The notes: generated by a model not told the origin, from the letters alone. Positions 1-10,087 are shown, numbered from the stretch's first letter. The stretch is DNA of 64,000 nucleotides from an uncultured Clostridia bacterium (GCA_944391745.1 CALXUS010000010.1:339-64338), one strand, 5' to 3'. Numbers and translations are program-made.

Positions 1-249
1 GATGGCTAACTTCAAAATATATAAAGCCATCGCTAATTCAAGCTTTGCATTTGCTCCGATAATGAAATCTTTAATTTCTTTTTCGGTAAATGCAAATCCT
101 TTCAACATCGTCATAAAAAGGACTATCTCTTCGATAAAGCTTTCTTTTGCTTCAGCCCATCCAGGTCTGTTTTTGAGTTCATCTAAGCTGATTTTCATCC
201 TTTTTAGTGCAGAGATTACTGTCGCTTCTAACAGCTTTTCTGTCTCCAT
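1..249 (-). CDS. hypothetical protein, N-terminal part only (ORF runs off the left window edge)
   Basis: Absent from the track because there is no stop in the window. Hand translation from ATG 249 gives METEKLLEATVISALKRMKISLDELKNRPGWAEAK..., 83 sense codons to position 1. GGAGGTG Shine-Dalgarno at 256-262, 6 nt upstream. G+C is above the local background. Track ORF 2..286(+) is its antisense shadow. Confidence 0.55.
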   Translation of the reverse strand, partial: METEKLLEATVISALKRMKISLDELKNRPGWAEAKESFIEEIVLFMTMLKGFAFTEKEIKDFIIGANAKLELAMALYILKLAI

Positions 250-325
250 GCTAAGCACCTCCCAAAATGAGACAAGATTATTATAGCACTACTTCGGCAT
301 TATGTCAATTTATCTATTGTTGGTA

Positions 326-355
326 TTGCATTTATATGGTTTGTTGTTATATAAT
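326..355 (+). promoter_or_regulatory. candidate sigma-A promoter for the pseudouridine synthase gene
   Basis: TTGCAT (326-331), 18-nt spacer, TATAAT (350-355), about 30 nt upstream of ATG 388. Such hexamers arise easily by chance in AT-rich DNA. Confidence 0.35.
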
Positions 356-387
356 ATTATTCGATTTTATTTAGTTAGGAATTTTTT

Positions 388-1266
388 ATGAGAACAATTA
401 AGATAGAAGATAAATTTAATAATAAATCATTAATCAATGTATTGACTAGTTATTATCCTTCTTTAAAAAAGAATACTATATATAAAACTTTAAGGAAGAA
501 AGATATTAAAATTAATGGTAAAAGAGTTAGCCAAAATGTTATAGTTCATTCTGGTGATTTAATTAATATCTATATTGTGGATAGTGAATTATTTGGAGTG
601 TATATTAGTGGAATAAAAAAAATTTATGAAGATGATAATATTCTAATAGTTTATAAACCTTCAAATTTAGAGGTTGTTGGTGATTTTTCATTAACTTCTT
701 TATTTAAAAAAAATTATACTTTTCTTGAGCCATGTCATAGAATTGATTTTAATACTACAGGATTAGTTTTATTTGCCAAAAATGATACAAGTTTAAATAT
801 ATTAACGGAAAAATTTAAAAAGCAAGAAATTGAAAAACATTATATAGCCTGTTGTTATGGAATTCCTAGTAAAAATTCTGACTTGCTAGAAGCTTTCTTA
901 TTTAAGGATAGTAAAAAATCTATTGTATATATTTCTGATATATCAAAAAAGGGATACACAAAAATTAAAACTTCATACAATGTTTTAAAAGTTAATTATA
1001 AAGATAAGCTCTGTTTATTAGATGTTAAATTACATACAGGAAAGACTCATCAAATAAGAGCTCACCTAGCGCATATTGGATTACCTATTATTGGTGATGG
1101 TAAATATGGTTCTTATGAAATTAATAAAAAATTTAAAATTTATACTCAGCTTCTTTGTAGTTATAGTTTGAAATTTGATTTTTCTTCTGATTCTGGAATT
1201 TTAAATTACCTAAATAATAAAGAAGTTAAACTTTCTTTTATTCCATTTATGAATTATTTTAATTAA
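388..1266 (+). CDS. RluA-family pseudouridine synthase with S4-like N-terminal domain
   Basis: 292 aa. Catalytic-loop motif HRIDFNTTGLVLFAK (HRLD..TSG type). C-terminal KTHQIRAHLAHIGLPIIGDGKYG. N-terminal S4-like LRKKDIKINGKRV. Confidence 0.85.
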   Translation: MRTIKIEDKFNNKSLINVLTSYYPSLKKNTIYKTLRKKDIKINGKRVSQNVIVHSGDLINIYIVDSELFGVYISGIKKIYEDDNILIVYKPSNLEVVGDFSLTSLFKKNYTFLEPCHRIDFNTTGLVLFAKNDTSLNILTEKFKKQEIEKHYIACCYGIPSKNSDLLEAFLFKDSKKSIVYISDISKKGYTKIKTSYNVLKVNYKDKLCLLDVKLHTGKTHQIRAHLAHIGLPIIGDGKYGSYEINKKFKIYTQLLCSYSLKFDFSSDSGILNYLNNKEVKLSFIPFMNYFN

Positions 1267-1284
1267 TTATTTGTGAGGTATATT

Positions 1285-2019
1285 ATGTCTAGTTTTGTAA
1301 TAAAAATTATTGCTATATTAACTATGTTTTGTGACCATTTTTCTGATGCAATTTTAGGCAGACTAAGCTTTTTAAATATTATTGGGAGAATAGCTTTTCC
1401 ACTTTTTTGTTTTCAAATAGTTATAGGTTACAAACATACAAAAAATGTAAAAAATTATTTGCTAAGGCTTTTTATTTTTAGTTTAATATCTCAAGTGCCA
1501 TTTAGTTTATTTACTTATGCATATTTAGGACAAATAAATTTGTTAAATGTATTTTTTACTTTATGTTTAGGATTATTAGCTATATATATTTTAGATATTG
1601 CTCCTAAAAAATATAAAATATTGGCATTGCTAATAGATGTTATTATAATGTTATTTGCAGAATTTGCTAAAACTGATTATGGTTGGTTTGGAGTATGTTT
1701 AATATTGTGTTTCTATTTATTTTACAATGATAAAAAATCTGAACCTGCAAAAAATGTTTCAGAAAATTCCATTACTTTTTTTAATAATAATGTCTTGTTC
1801 TGTATAGTATACTTAACCTTATGTATAATTAAATATAGTAGCTATTTCGGATTAACTTATACTTATATTGTAGTTGCAGAAATTATTGGAACATTTTTTC
1901 CTGTTATATTTATGTTATTGTACAATGGAAAAAAAGGTCCCGGATTAAAATATTTATTTTATATCTTTTATCCATTGCATCTACTTATATTAGTTATTGC
2001 TCATTACTTAATAGTTTAA
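1285..2019 (+). CDS. TraX family membrane protein
   Basis: Multi-pass membrane protein beginning MSSFVIKIIAILTMFCDHF (TraX-like lKiiA..M..DH signature). ATG 1285 is preceded by GAGG. The track start at 1273 is GTG. Confidence 0.7.
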   Translation: MSSFVIKIIAILTMFCDHFSDAILGRLSFLNIIGRIAFPLFCFQIVIGYKHTKNVKNYLLRLFIFSLISQVPFSLFTYAYLGQINLLNVFFTLCLGLLAIYILDIAPKKYKILALLIDVIIMLFAEFAKTDYGWFGVCLILCFYLFYNDKKSEPAKNVSENSITFFNNNVLFCIVYLTLCIIKYSSYFGLTYTYIVVAEIIGTFFPVIFMLLYNGKKGPGLKYLFYIFYPLHLLILVIAHYLIV

Positions 2020-2022
2020 TAC

Positions 2023-2057
2023 AGAGAGTTATAATTGTTATTCAATTATAACTCTCT
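2023..2057. terminator. bidirectional hairpin between convergent traX-like and gpr genes
   Basis: AGAGAGTTATAATTG (2023-2037) and CAATTATAACTCTCT (2043-2057) form a perfect 15-bp stem with a 5-nt loop. Both flanks are A/T-rich. Confidence 0.6.
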
Positions 2058-2061
2058 AATT

Positions 2062-2961
2062 TTATAATACTTTGTTTATTCCATCTGCAATAACTAATTT
2101 CATATTATCTACTAAACTATCTACTTCTTTAGGGGTAACAGCCAAATTGTATTTAGATGGTTCTAAAACGGCCTTTATGAGTCTATATTTATCTTCCTTT
2201 GTTGCTTCTTTTAATTCTTTAAATTCATTAAATTGATTTGCAATTAATTCAATACTATCTGCAACTATTGTTGCAGCTTCTACTAATGTAGGAACTCCAA
2301 TTGCAATTACGGGTACTCCCATTGTTTTTTGACTTATCTCTTTTCTTGCATTCCCTACTCCAGCTCCAGGAACAATACCTGTATCACTTATTTGTATTGT
2401 TTTAAATAATCTAGATATATCTCTTGAAATTAATGCATCAATTGCAATAATGCATTCTGGTTTTACTTTTTCTACAATTCCTTTTATTATTTCTTGAGTT
2501 TCTATCCCTGTTGTACCTAGTACTCCAGGAGCTATAGCACTAATTTCTTTTGTTTTGATATCCACAAATTCAGGTGCATATTTTTTTAAATGTCTAGTAA
2601 TATTTATATCTTTTATAACTTTAGGTCCTATCGAATCAGCAGTTGTATCTATATTTCCTAATCCAACTACTAATATTGAGTTATAATTTTTAATCAAATC
2701 TTTTAATTGTTCTGATATAATACCACTAATTTTTTCTAGTTCTTCATTAGTTACTGTTTCTATATTTTTTATAACCAGTGTAATATAATTTCCTATTTCC
2801 TTTCCTATTTTTCTTTTTCCATTTTCATTTAGTACTTTTACTTTTGTAACTTTTAACGTTCCTCCTAAATCAACGTCTTCTGATGAAATACCATCAATTT
2901 TTCCATCTTTTATGCATTCATTTAGTCTTTCATCGGCTAAATCGGTTCTAAAATCTAACAT
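2062..2961 (-). CDS. gpr: GPR endopeptidase (spore germination protease)
   Basis: 299 aa. N-terminus MLDFRTDLADER, and the length and layout are typical of the GPR/A25 spore protease. Confidence 0.85.
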   Translation of the reverse strand: MLDFRTDLADERLNECIKDGKIDGISSEDVDLGGTLKVTKVKVLNENGKRKIGKEIGNYITLVIKNIETVTNEELEKISGIISEQLKDLIKNYNSILVVGLGNIDTTADSIGPKVIKDINITRHLKKYAPEFVDIKTKEISAIAPGVLGTTGIETQEIIKGIVEKVKPECIIAIDALISRDISRLFKTIQISDTGIVPGAGVGNARKEISQKTMGVPVIAIGVPTLVEAATIVADSIELIANQFNEFKELKEATKEDKYRLIKAVLEPSKYNLAVTPKEVDSLVDNMKLVIADGINKVL

Positions 2962-2976
2962 ATTTTCTCTCCTTTA

Positions 2977-3021
2977 CGAAAAAATAACCTCAACTTTATT
3001 ATGTTAAAGTTCGAGGTTATT
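2977..3021 (-). terminator. intrinsic terminator after the 3017..3712 gene, upstream of gpr
   Basis: Minus strand reads AATAACCTCGAACTTTA..TAAAGTTGAGGTTATT (one bulged base) followed by TTTTTCG. The stem overlaps the stop codon at 3017-3019. Confidence 0.6.
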
Positions 3022-3712
3022 TATACGTTATAAGTCCACCATAATCAACTATTTTTAAATATTTAAAATCTTTGAATTTTAAATTGTGTTTTTCTATATG
3101 TTTTTTTAGATTTTCTCTGTTTTCTGAACTTAAATAGTCTGAATCGCCAAATAAAATAAATGTGTTATCCACTAATGCTGTTGCCCCTCCAATGAATCCA
3201 TTCATTTCAGAAAACTTTCCATAAGAATCCAATAATGCTATATTATCTGCTTGTAATAATAATACATCTACTCCTAGTTCTTTTAATTTATTATATATAC
3301 CTTTATCAGAAGTGATACATGAATTATCACTAGTTACTGATATACTGCATTTTGTATATCCTTGGTTAACAAAAACATTAATTTTATTTAATATTTTCTT
3401 ATCTGCATATTTACTACCAATAATATATTTTCCCATCTGGCACACATTGTATTTTACATCATCAGGATACTTATATTTTACTGATTCATTACCTATTATA
3501 AAATTAGTTTCTATATATTTAGCATTAGGGCTACAAATTATTTGATTATTTATTTTTGTGTAAAAGATATCCGCATGTCCAGATATTTCAGGATAGACAT
3601 ATTTTGATGGTTCAATTGGAATTATGTCCAATTTCACTTCATTTAATAAATATTCATATTCTTCATCTCTAATTCGTCCGTCTATTAATGCTTTCATGAG
3701 CAATATTTGCAT
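3017..3712 (-). CDS. hypothetical protein (231 aa)
   Basis: Long ORF co-directional with holA. I recognise no family with confidence. The start is ambiguous: ATG 3712 overlaps holA by 19 nt, and ATG 3697 forms an ATGA overlap with the holA stop. Confidence 0.55.
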   Translation of the reverse strand: MQILLMKALIDGRIRDEEYEYLLNEVKLDIIPIEPSKYVYPEISGHADIFYTKINNQIICSPNAKYIETNFIIGNESVKYKYPDDVKYNVCQMGKYIIGSKYADKKILNKINVFVNQGYTKCSISVTSDNSCITSDKGIYNKLKELGVDVLLLQADNIALLDSYGKFSEMNGFIGGATALVDNTFILFGDSDYLSSENRENLKKHIEKHNLKFKDFKYLKIVDYGGLITYK

Positions 3713-4632
3713 AGTACACTTTCTAAGCCTACAGTAATATCTATTCCTCCAGATTTTGAAGAACTATCTATGTTTATAAGCTCTTCTAGCAAACTTCGCA
3801 ATTCCTCCTCTTTAAAATATTTTGCTTGCATAGTATATTTATTTACTAAAAACAATTGATTAGGTTTAAGCTTTAAACTTTCTTGAATATTTTTATGTTC
3901 ATCTGATGCTAATTTTATTATATATAATTTCTTAAAATGATTGTATAGCATTATTAATATTCTTTGAATTGGTTCTTTAGCATATATTAAATTATGTAAT
4001 ATATCTATTGCATTTGAGATATTTTTTCTTCCTAAATTATCAGTTAAATCAAAAATTATACTTTCTGATTTTTTAATGCATAACTCATCAACATCTTCTT
4101 TTTTTATTGTTCCACCTTTACCAGCATACTCGATTAATTTTCTAATTTCATTAATGATATCACTCATATTCGTTCCGACTGATTCAATAAAATATTGAGC
4201 AACATTTTCTTGAATATTGACTCCATAAGCATTAGCTATTGATTTTACTTTAGTTATTAATTGTGGTAATTTTTGTTCTTTAAATTCTTTTACTTCTCCT
4301 AATTTGCTTATAGCATTATATAAAGAATTCTTTTCGACTGTTTCATCAACAAAAACTAGTTCTACACCTTCTATTTTATTGTTTTTTAGATAATCAGCTA
4401 GTTTATCTGAAAAAGCATTTTTCTTTTTAAATAATCCTGTATTTTTTGCAATTATTAATTTAGATTCAAATCCAAAAGCTGGAGTTTCTATGTCGGATAT
4501 AATTTGATTTACATTATTTTCGTCTATTTGCACATAGTTTATTCCCAGCTGAATTTCGCCAAATTTCTTTTTTATTTTTTTTAAATGTTCATTTAATAAA
4601 TATTCATCTTCACCAAATAATAAGTAAATCAA
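3694..4632 (-). CDS. holA: DNA polymerase III delta subunit
   Basis: 312 aa. N-terminus MIYLLFGEDEYLLNE and the clamp-loader delta layout. Confidence 0.8.
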   Translation of the reverse strand: MIYLLFGEDEYLLNEHLKKIKKKFGEIQLGINYVQIDENNVNQIISDIETPAFGFESKLIIAKNTGLFKKKNAFSDKLADYLKNNKIEGVELVFVDETVEKNSLYNAISKLGEVKEFKEQKLPQLITKVKSIANAYGVNIQENVAQYFIESVGTNMSDIINEIRKLIEYAGKGGTIKKEDVDELCIKKSESIIFDLTDNLGRKNISNAIDILHNLIYAKEPIQRILIMLYNHFKKLYIIKLASDEHKNIQESLKLKPNQLFLVNKYTMQAKYFKEEELRSLLEELINIDSSSKSGGIDITVGLESVLCKYCS

Positions 4633-4653
4633 ATTAATCTCCTTTCTATTGAT

Positions 4654-5139
4654 TTATAAGCATTTTGAAAATTTATTTGAATGTGCATAACATATTGCTG
4701 CAGCCATACTATCTGTAGTATCATCAAGTTTAGGCAATTTATCAACTTTTAATATTGATTTAACCATTTTTTGAACTTGTAGTTTATCTGCTCTACCATA
4801 ACCTGTAACTGCTTGTTTTATTTGTAGAGGAGTATATTCATATATTGGAACATTGTTTTTTCTTGCAACTACTAAAACTATTCCTCTTGCTTGAGCTACA
4901 TTAATTGCTGTTGTAGTATTTGTATTAAAAAATAATTCCTCAATTGATAATACCTCTGGTTTAAAAGTGCCTATAATATTTTCTAAATCATCATATATTT
5001 TTACTAATCTGTCAGGAAATGATTCACCTGCTTTAGTAAGAATAGCTCCTGAGTTTACTAAAGTAAAGTGATTTCCCTTATAGTCTATTATACTGTACCC
5101 TGTTATTGCAAAGCCAGGGTCTATTCCTAATATTCTCAT
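4654..5139 (-). CDS. ruvC: crossover junction endodeoxyribonuclease RuvC
   Basis: 161 aa. MRILGIDPGFAITGYSII carries the catalytic Asp motif. The length is typical. Confidence 0.9.
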   Translation of the reverse strand: MRILGIDPGFAITGYSIIDYKGNHFTLVNSGAILTKAGESFPDRLVKIYDDLENIIGTFKPEVLSIEELFFNTNTTTAINVAQARGIVLVVARKNNVPIYEYTPLQIKQAVTGYGRADKLQVQKMVKSILKVDKLPKLDDTTDSMAAAICYAHSNKFSKCL

Positions 5140-5153
5140 AAAATATCCTCTTT

Positions 5154-7178
5154 TTATATGTTTTTATCTAATAAAATTCTAAAAATTTCTGCAACGCTCC
5201 AACATTGTGCAAAAGCTCCTTTTCCCTTTGAAGGAGTTGTAGAGTCGTATATTTCACAAATACTTCCTATTGTATTTCCATTTGTAAGCTCATTAGTAAA
5301 TGTATTAGCAGTATTCACTTTTAGTTGCATTAGCGTATTTTTTAGTTTTTCTTTATTTTCTTCATTTTTTTCTGCTTTTATAAGATTTTTAAGAGCATTG
5401 TAATATTGACCTAAAAGCCAAGGCCAAGTTATTCCTTGATGATACACACTATCTCTTTCTTCAGGAGATCCTTTATATATTGCTGAAAATCCTTTTTCTC
5501 CAGAAGCTAGTGTTTGTAGTCCATATCTATTAAGTAATTTTTGAGTTACTGTAACAAATACTTCTTTTGCCATGTCTTCATCACAATCTAAAACCGGATG
5601 TGACAAGCTTATTGCAAATATTTGATTTGGTCTTATTTTGTCATCACCTAAAACGTCATATAAACATTTTTTGTAAGGATTATAGAATCTTCTAACAAAA
5701 GATTTTTGACAGTTTTTTGCAAGTAACCCATATTCATAATATCTTGCTACTTTCATATAATGTTTAGCTAAATTTTGCATTACTCTTAACGCATTATACC
5801 ACAATGCATTTATTTCTACTGCATAACCATTACGAGGTGTAACTGGCTTTCCGTTTACTTTAGCATCCATCCATGTATTCTGAGTATTAATTGACCCTGA
5901 TGAAATTAAATAAGTTTTTTCATCAAATCTAATATTATTATCCTCTAAATTGATTCCATCAATATAATTATTTATTATTTTAATTAATGTATTATATACA
6001 CTTTCTTTTATAAAATCATAATTTCCCGTATATTGTAAATATTTTTCTACAGCTTCAAATAATAATAATGAAGCATCAGCACTATTATATAAAGAATGCC
6101 CATCATATTCATCAAATCCATTAGGTACTAACCCTTGTTTTACTCTATTTACATAGGTTAATAAAATCTCTTCTGCTAAAGCATATTTTTTTGAAATTAG
6201 TAATATTCCTTCTAAAGATATTAATGTATCTCTTCCCCAATCTAGAAACCAAGGATATCCAGCAATTAGTGTGTGTAGTTTTGTTGATGGTCTATATACA
6301 ATAAAATTATCTGAAGCAACCATATATTGATTTACAAGGTCTATATAACTTTGTTTATCTTCTAAATCTTTTGGTAACATTTCTTCGTTTAATAATCCTG
6401 AATTTTTAACTTGCTCTGAAATTCTCTTTTTTTCATTTTCTATAATCTTTGTACCACTAAGTCTTTGTAATTCTTCTATACTATTACCATATTTTCCGTC
6501 TAACGAGCAGAAAAATACTACCTCTTTATCTTCATTAGGTTTTATATTAATTTCAAAAGTTCCTGGGACTGCATGATTCTCTTCTGAATCAAATCCTCTT
6601 AATTCTTCTCTTTCATAATGCATTTTATAGAAAATATTGTCTATATATTCTCTATATTTTGCATCTTTAACATATAAATTTATTTTTCCTTTATCTTCGC
6701 CAAAATCTAGTTGAACTTTATCTCTATTAATTTTCTGGGTATATCTAAATTTTAAATTATGAGATTCTGCATGAAAATCTCTAAAATTAACTATTGGTGT
6801 CAAAAATAGTTTAGCTTTTTCTTTTTGGTTTATTATTCTATATATTATGCATACAGTATTTTTGCCATAAACCATGGAAATTGACTTTTCAATTATTACA
6901 TCTTTTACTCTATAAGTATATATTGGTATAATGTTTTTTTCGAATTTTTCTATGTATTTATATCCTTCTGTAATTTTTCCTTGAGAATCATTTGAATATA
7001 AATCATATTTTTTTCCATTTAGTTCTATACTTTCATCAACCTTTGACAAGATTAGTTTTCTTAATCCTGGAGGATTAGTTGCAGCAATTAATAATCCATG
7101 ATATCTTCTAGTATTAAGACTTTTATCAGTTGATGCTGCAAACCCACCAATTCCATTAGTTATTACCCATTCTCTCAT
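5154..7178 (-). CDS. glycogen debranching enzyme family protein (GDE N-terminal domain plus amylo-alpha-1,6-glucosidase domain)
   Basis: 674 aa. MREWVITNGIGGFAASTDKSLNTRRYHGLL is the characteristic N-terminus. C-terminal (alpha/alpha)6-type region with WPWLLGQY. Confidence 0.8.
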   Translation of the reverse strand: MREWVITNGIGGFAASTDKSLNTRRYHGLLIAATNPPGLRKLILSKVDESIELNGKKYDLYSNDSQGKITEGYKYIEKFEKNIIPIYTYRVKDVIIEKSISMVYGKNTVCIIYRIINQKEKAKLFLTPIVNFRDFHAESHNLKFRYTQKINRDKVQLDFGEDKGKINLYVKDAKYREYIDNIFYKMHYEREELRGFDSEENHAVPGTFEINIKPNEDKEVVFFCSLDGKYGNSIEELQRLSGTKIIENEKKRISEQVKNSGLLNEEMLPKDLEDKQSYIDLVNQYMVASDNFIVYRPSTKLHTLIAGYPWFLDWGRDTLISLEGILLISKKYALAEEILLTYVNRVKQGLVPNGFDEYDGHSLYNSADASLLLFEAVEKYLQYTGNYDFIKESVYNTLIKIINNYIDGINLEDNNIRFDEKTYLISSGSINTQNTWMDAKVNGKPVTPRNGYAVEINALWYNALRVMQNLAKHYMKVARYYEYGLLAKNCQKSFVRRFYNPYKKCLYDVLGDDKIRPNQIFAISLSHPVLDCDEDMAKEVFVTVTQKLLNRYGLQTLASGEKGFSAIYKGSPEERDSVYHQGITWPWLLGQYYNALKNLIKAEKNEENKEKLKNTLMQLKVNTANTFTNELTNGNTIGSICEIYDSTTPSKGKGAFAQCWSVAEIFRILLDKNI

Positions 7179-7226
7179 TTGTTTTCCTCCTACATATTTA
7201 TTATATATATTTTAACTTTTGTTTTA

Positions 7227-8750
7227 TTATAATCCTCTTTTTCTTTTTTCATTTACTTCTGCCATTTTTGCTCTAATATTAGCTTTTTTATCACTGTCTT
7301 TTATTGAATCAATTCTTTCGCTATATTTTTCATTAAATTTACTTTTTGAAGAACTATCTCTTCTCTCAAAAGGTTTTCTCCCTGATTCCTGAAATTTTTT
7401 CTCTTTCTTTTGTCTTTTTTTCATTTCTCTTTTTGATTCTTTAAGTCTATTATTTAAAAGCATATATTGGCTATTATTTTGCATATCTTCAAACTTTAAT
7501 TCATCACATATTAATTGAATAATTGTTGATGCAATAACATCAGAATCATGTCTAATAGAATTTCCTTCTACTTTTGATAAGTTTCTTTGTACTAGTTTAA
7601 CTCCTAATTCTTTAGCTTTAGGAATATCTGCCAATACTATATCAGATCCTTTTAAGTTATATTTTTTTATAAATTCTGGAACTATCTCTCCAGTATCATA
7701 TATACAATAATCTATTATTTTATTTCCTACATATTCATTTATTGTTCTTATATGATCAGATAATGTATATTCATCGGTTTGTCCAAGCTCTGTCATTATA
7801 TTGCTTACATATATTTTTATTCCTTTGCTTTCCCTGATAGCTTTAGCTACTCCTTTTACTAAAAGGTTAGGAATTACATTTGTATACAAACTTCCTGGAC
7901 CAATTATTATTGCATCAGCTTCTTTAATTGCATCTATAACTCCTGGAGCTGGGCTGCAATTTGTTGGACTAATATATATTCTATTAATTTTTGCAGAAGT
8001 TTCGCTCACATATTCAGGTATTCTATCACGGCTTTCAATTACTGTTCCATCATCCAATTCTGCACAAATTTTAATTTCTTCCAAAGTGACTGGTATAACT
8101 TTACCAGTTATATTTAAAACCTCTTTTGAACTTTCAATTGATTTTGCAAAATTTTTGTGTATATCATTCATAGCTAAAAAGTATATATCACCGAATGTTA
8201 AATTTTTTAATTTACCTGCAGTAAAATTCATATTTAATAGTTGTTCCATTTCTTTTTCATTATAAGATAAGGCTATAAGACTTTCTTTTATATCATTTAA
8301 TGGTAAAACTTGAAGAGCTTTTCTAGAATCAGTTGGAGTTTCACCATAATCAGAAACTGTAACAACAGCAGTTATATTATCTGTATAATTTTTTAGACCC
8401 CTTAGTACTGTATTAAGACCACTTCCTCCACCTATTACAACAATTTTAGGTCCTTGATTATATACTTTTTTGTTAAAAATTAATTTATTAATATTTTGAG
8501 TTTCTTTTCTCGTATCACTTTCTTCAATTAATAATTCTAGAGTTCTTTTTTGCATAAACACAAACCCTAAAACTATAGTTGTAAATCCTATTACAAAGGA
8601 AATGACTATTTTTATAATTTCCTTTATTCCAAGTGTATCAAAATATAATACATTTGAAATTCCATAACCTACTAATACAACGCCAACTAAAATTAACAAC
8701 ATCCATCTTTTCATTTTTGCTTTTGATGTAAACCATTTAAAAAATCCCAT
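7227..8750 (-). CDS. YvcK/CofD-like (UPF0052) family protein with N-terminal TM helices and a basic C-terminal tail
   Basis: Core motifs KIVVIGGGSGL..LRGLK and IIIGPGSLYTNVIPNLLV. It has two extra N-terminal hydrophobic helices and a K/R/E/S-rich tail of about 75 aa. Confidence 0.8.
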   Translation of the reverse strand: MGFFKWFTSKAKMKRWMLLILVGVVLVGYGISNVLYFDTLGIKEIIKIVISFVIGFTTIVLGFVFMQKRTLELLIEESDTRKETQNINKLIFNKKVYNQGPKIVVIGGGSGLNTVLRGLKNYTDNITAVVTVSDYGETPTDSRKALQVLPLNDIKESLIALSYNEKEMEQLLNMNFTAGKLKNLTFGDIYFLAMNDIHKNFAKSIESSKEVLNITGKVIPVTLEEIKICAELDDGTVIESRDRIPEYVSETSAKINRIYISPTNCSPAPGVIDAIKEADAIIIGPGSLYTNVIPNLLVKGVAKAIRESKGIKIYVSNIMTELGQTDEYTLSDHIRTINEYVGNKIIDYCIYDTGEIVPEFIKKYNLKGSDIVLADIPKAKELGVKLVQRNLSKVEGNSIRHDSDVIASTIIQLICDELKFEDMQNNSQYMLLNNRLKESKREMKKRQKKEKKFQESGRKPFERRDSSSKSKFNEKYSERIDSIKDSDKKANIRAKMAEVNEKRKRGL

Positions 8751-8789
8751 AATATAAATTCCCTTTCTGTAATTGCTCTATTGCAAATT

Positions 8790-9683
8790 TTATTCTTCTC
8801 CTATTATTTTAACTTCTTCTTTAATCGTTTTTCCAAATTTATTAAATACTTCTTCTTTTACTTTGTTTATTAATTTTATTATATCATTAGCAGTTGCATT
8901 TCCTTTATTAACTATAAATCCTGCATGTTTTGTTGAAACTTCAGCTCCTCCAATTGTTAGTCCTTTTAATCCGGCTTCATCTATGAGTTTTGCTGTCACA
9001 AAATCTTCTCCTCTTTTAAAAGTACTACCAGCACTCGGAAATTCTAGTGGTTGTGATTCTTTTCTTTTTTTAGCATATTCATCCATTTTTTGTTTAATAA
9101 CTTCTTTATCTCCTTCATTTAATTGAAAAATCGTTTCTAATATAATGCAATTAATAGATTGAAATATGCTTTTTCTATATTCAAATTTTTGTTCATCATT
9201 GTTTATTACTTTTATTTCATTATTATTAAGATCTATATATTTAGTTTTTTCCACTAAATCTTTAATTTCTCCACCATAAGCTCCTGCATTCATAACTAAT
9301 GCTCCACCTATTGTACCAGGTATGCCTGCTGCAAATTCAAATCCTGATAGATTATTATCAAGTAATATTTTAGCTAATCTAGCATTTGAAATTCCTGTAG
9401 AAACTTTTACTTTATCATTTTTAATTTCATAATTATTTGCTGTATATTTTATTACAATACCTCTTATTCCTCCATCTCTTACTAATAAATTTGTTCCATT
9501 TCCAACAATCGTAATTGGCATATTATTTTCTTTAACAATTTTAAGTACTTTTTGTAATTTTTCTTCTGAATCTACTAAGGCAAAAATATCTGCATTTCCT
9601 CCAACTTTAAAGCTAGTATGTTTACTCATACTTTCATTATATTTTATATTTTCTTTGCCTAAAATATTTTCTAACTCAGTCAA
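8790..9683 (-). CDS. murB: UDP-N-acetylenolpyruvoylglucosamine reductase
   Basis: 297 aa. FKVGGNADIF, GNGTNLLVRDGGIRG and AGSTFKRG motifs. Confidence 0.9.
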   Translation of the reverse strand: MTELENILGKENIKYNESMSKHTSFKVGGNADIFALVDSEEKLQKVLKIVKENNMPITIVGNGTNLLVRDGGIRGIVIKYTANNYEIKNDKVKVSTGISNARLAKILLDNNLSGFEFAAGIPGTIGGALVMNAGAYGGEIKDLVEKTKYIDLNNNEIKVINNDEQKFEYRKSIFQSINCIILETIFQLNEGDKEVIKQKMDEYAKKRKESQPLEFPSAGSTFKRGEDFVTAKLIDEAGLKGLTIGGAEVSTKHAGFIVNKGNATANDIIKLINKVKEEVFNKFGKTIKEEVKIIGEE

Positions 9684-10021
9684 ATAATTATCCTCCTTAA
9701 AAATTTAATTTTATACTATATTTAATTCGTTAATATTTTATCATTTTAATATAATTTTTACAATATTATTAGAAAAATATGATTTTAAAAGTTTGTAATA
9801 ATTGATTTAGCAATATATTTTAGTATGCTATTTTAGTAAACTAATTATTATTTTACACTCACATTTTTTATTATAAGTCAAGTATGGATTTACTTTATAA
9901 CGTCATTTTTTATAAAATTAAAATTTATTTATTTGATAATTCAATATTATTAAAGTAAATAAAATATTCTCTTTACAATATTATTACAAAATTAACATTT
10001 TAAGATTTTTCAATTTTCTAC

Positions 10022-10050
10022 TTGATAACTTTAATAGATTGTATTATTAT
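10022..10050 (+). promoter_or_regulatory. candidate sigma-A promoter for tdk
   Basis: TTGATA (10022-10027), 17 nt, TATTAT (10045-10050), about 38 nt upstream of the ATG. Confidence 0.35.
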
Positions 10051-10087
10051 ACTTAAGCAAGATTAATTTAGAGGGGTAAATAAAAAA

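Noticed and set aside
2-286. Track ORF 2..286 (+), 94 aa
   Set aside because: It is the antisense shadow of the better-supported minus-strand ORF 1..249, which has a strong Shine-Dalgarno. It has no Shine-Dalgarno of its own and an implausible composition.
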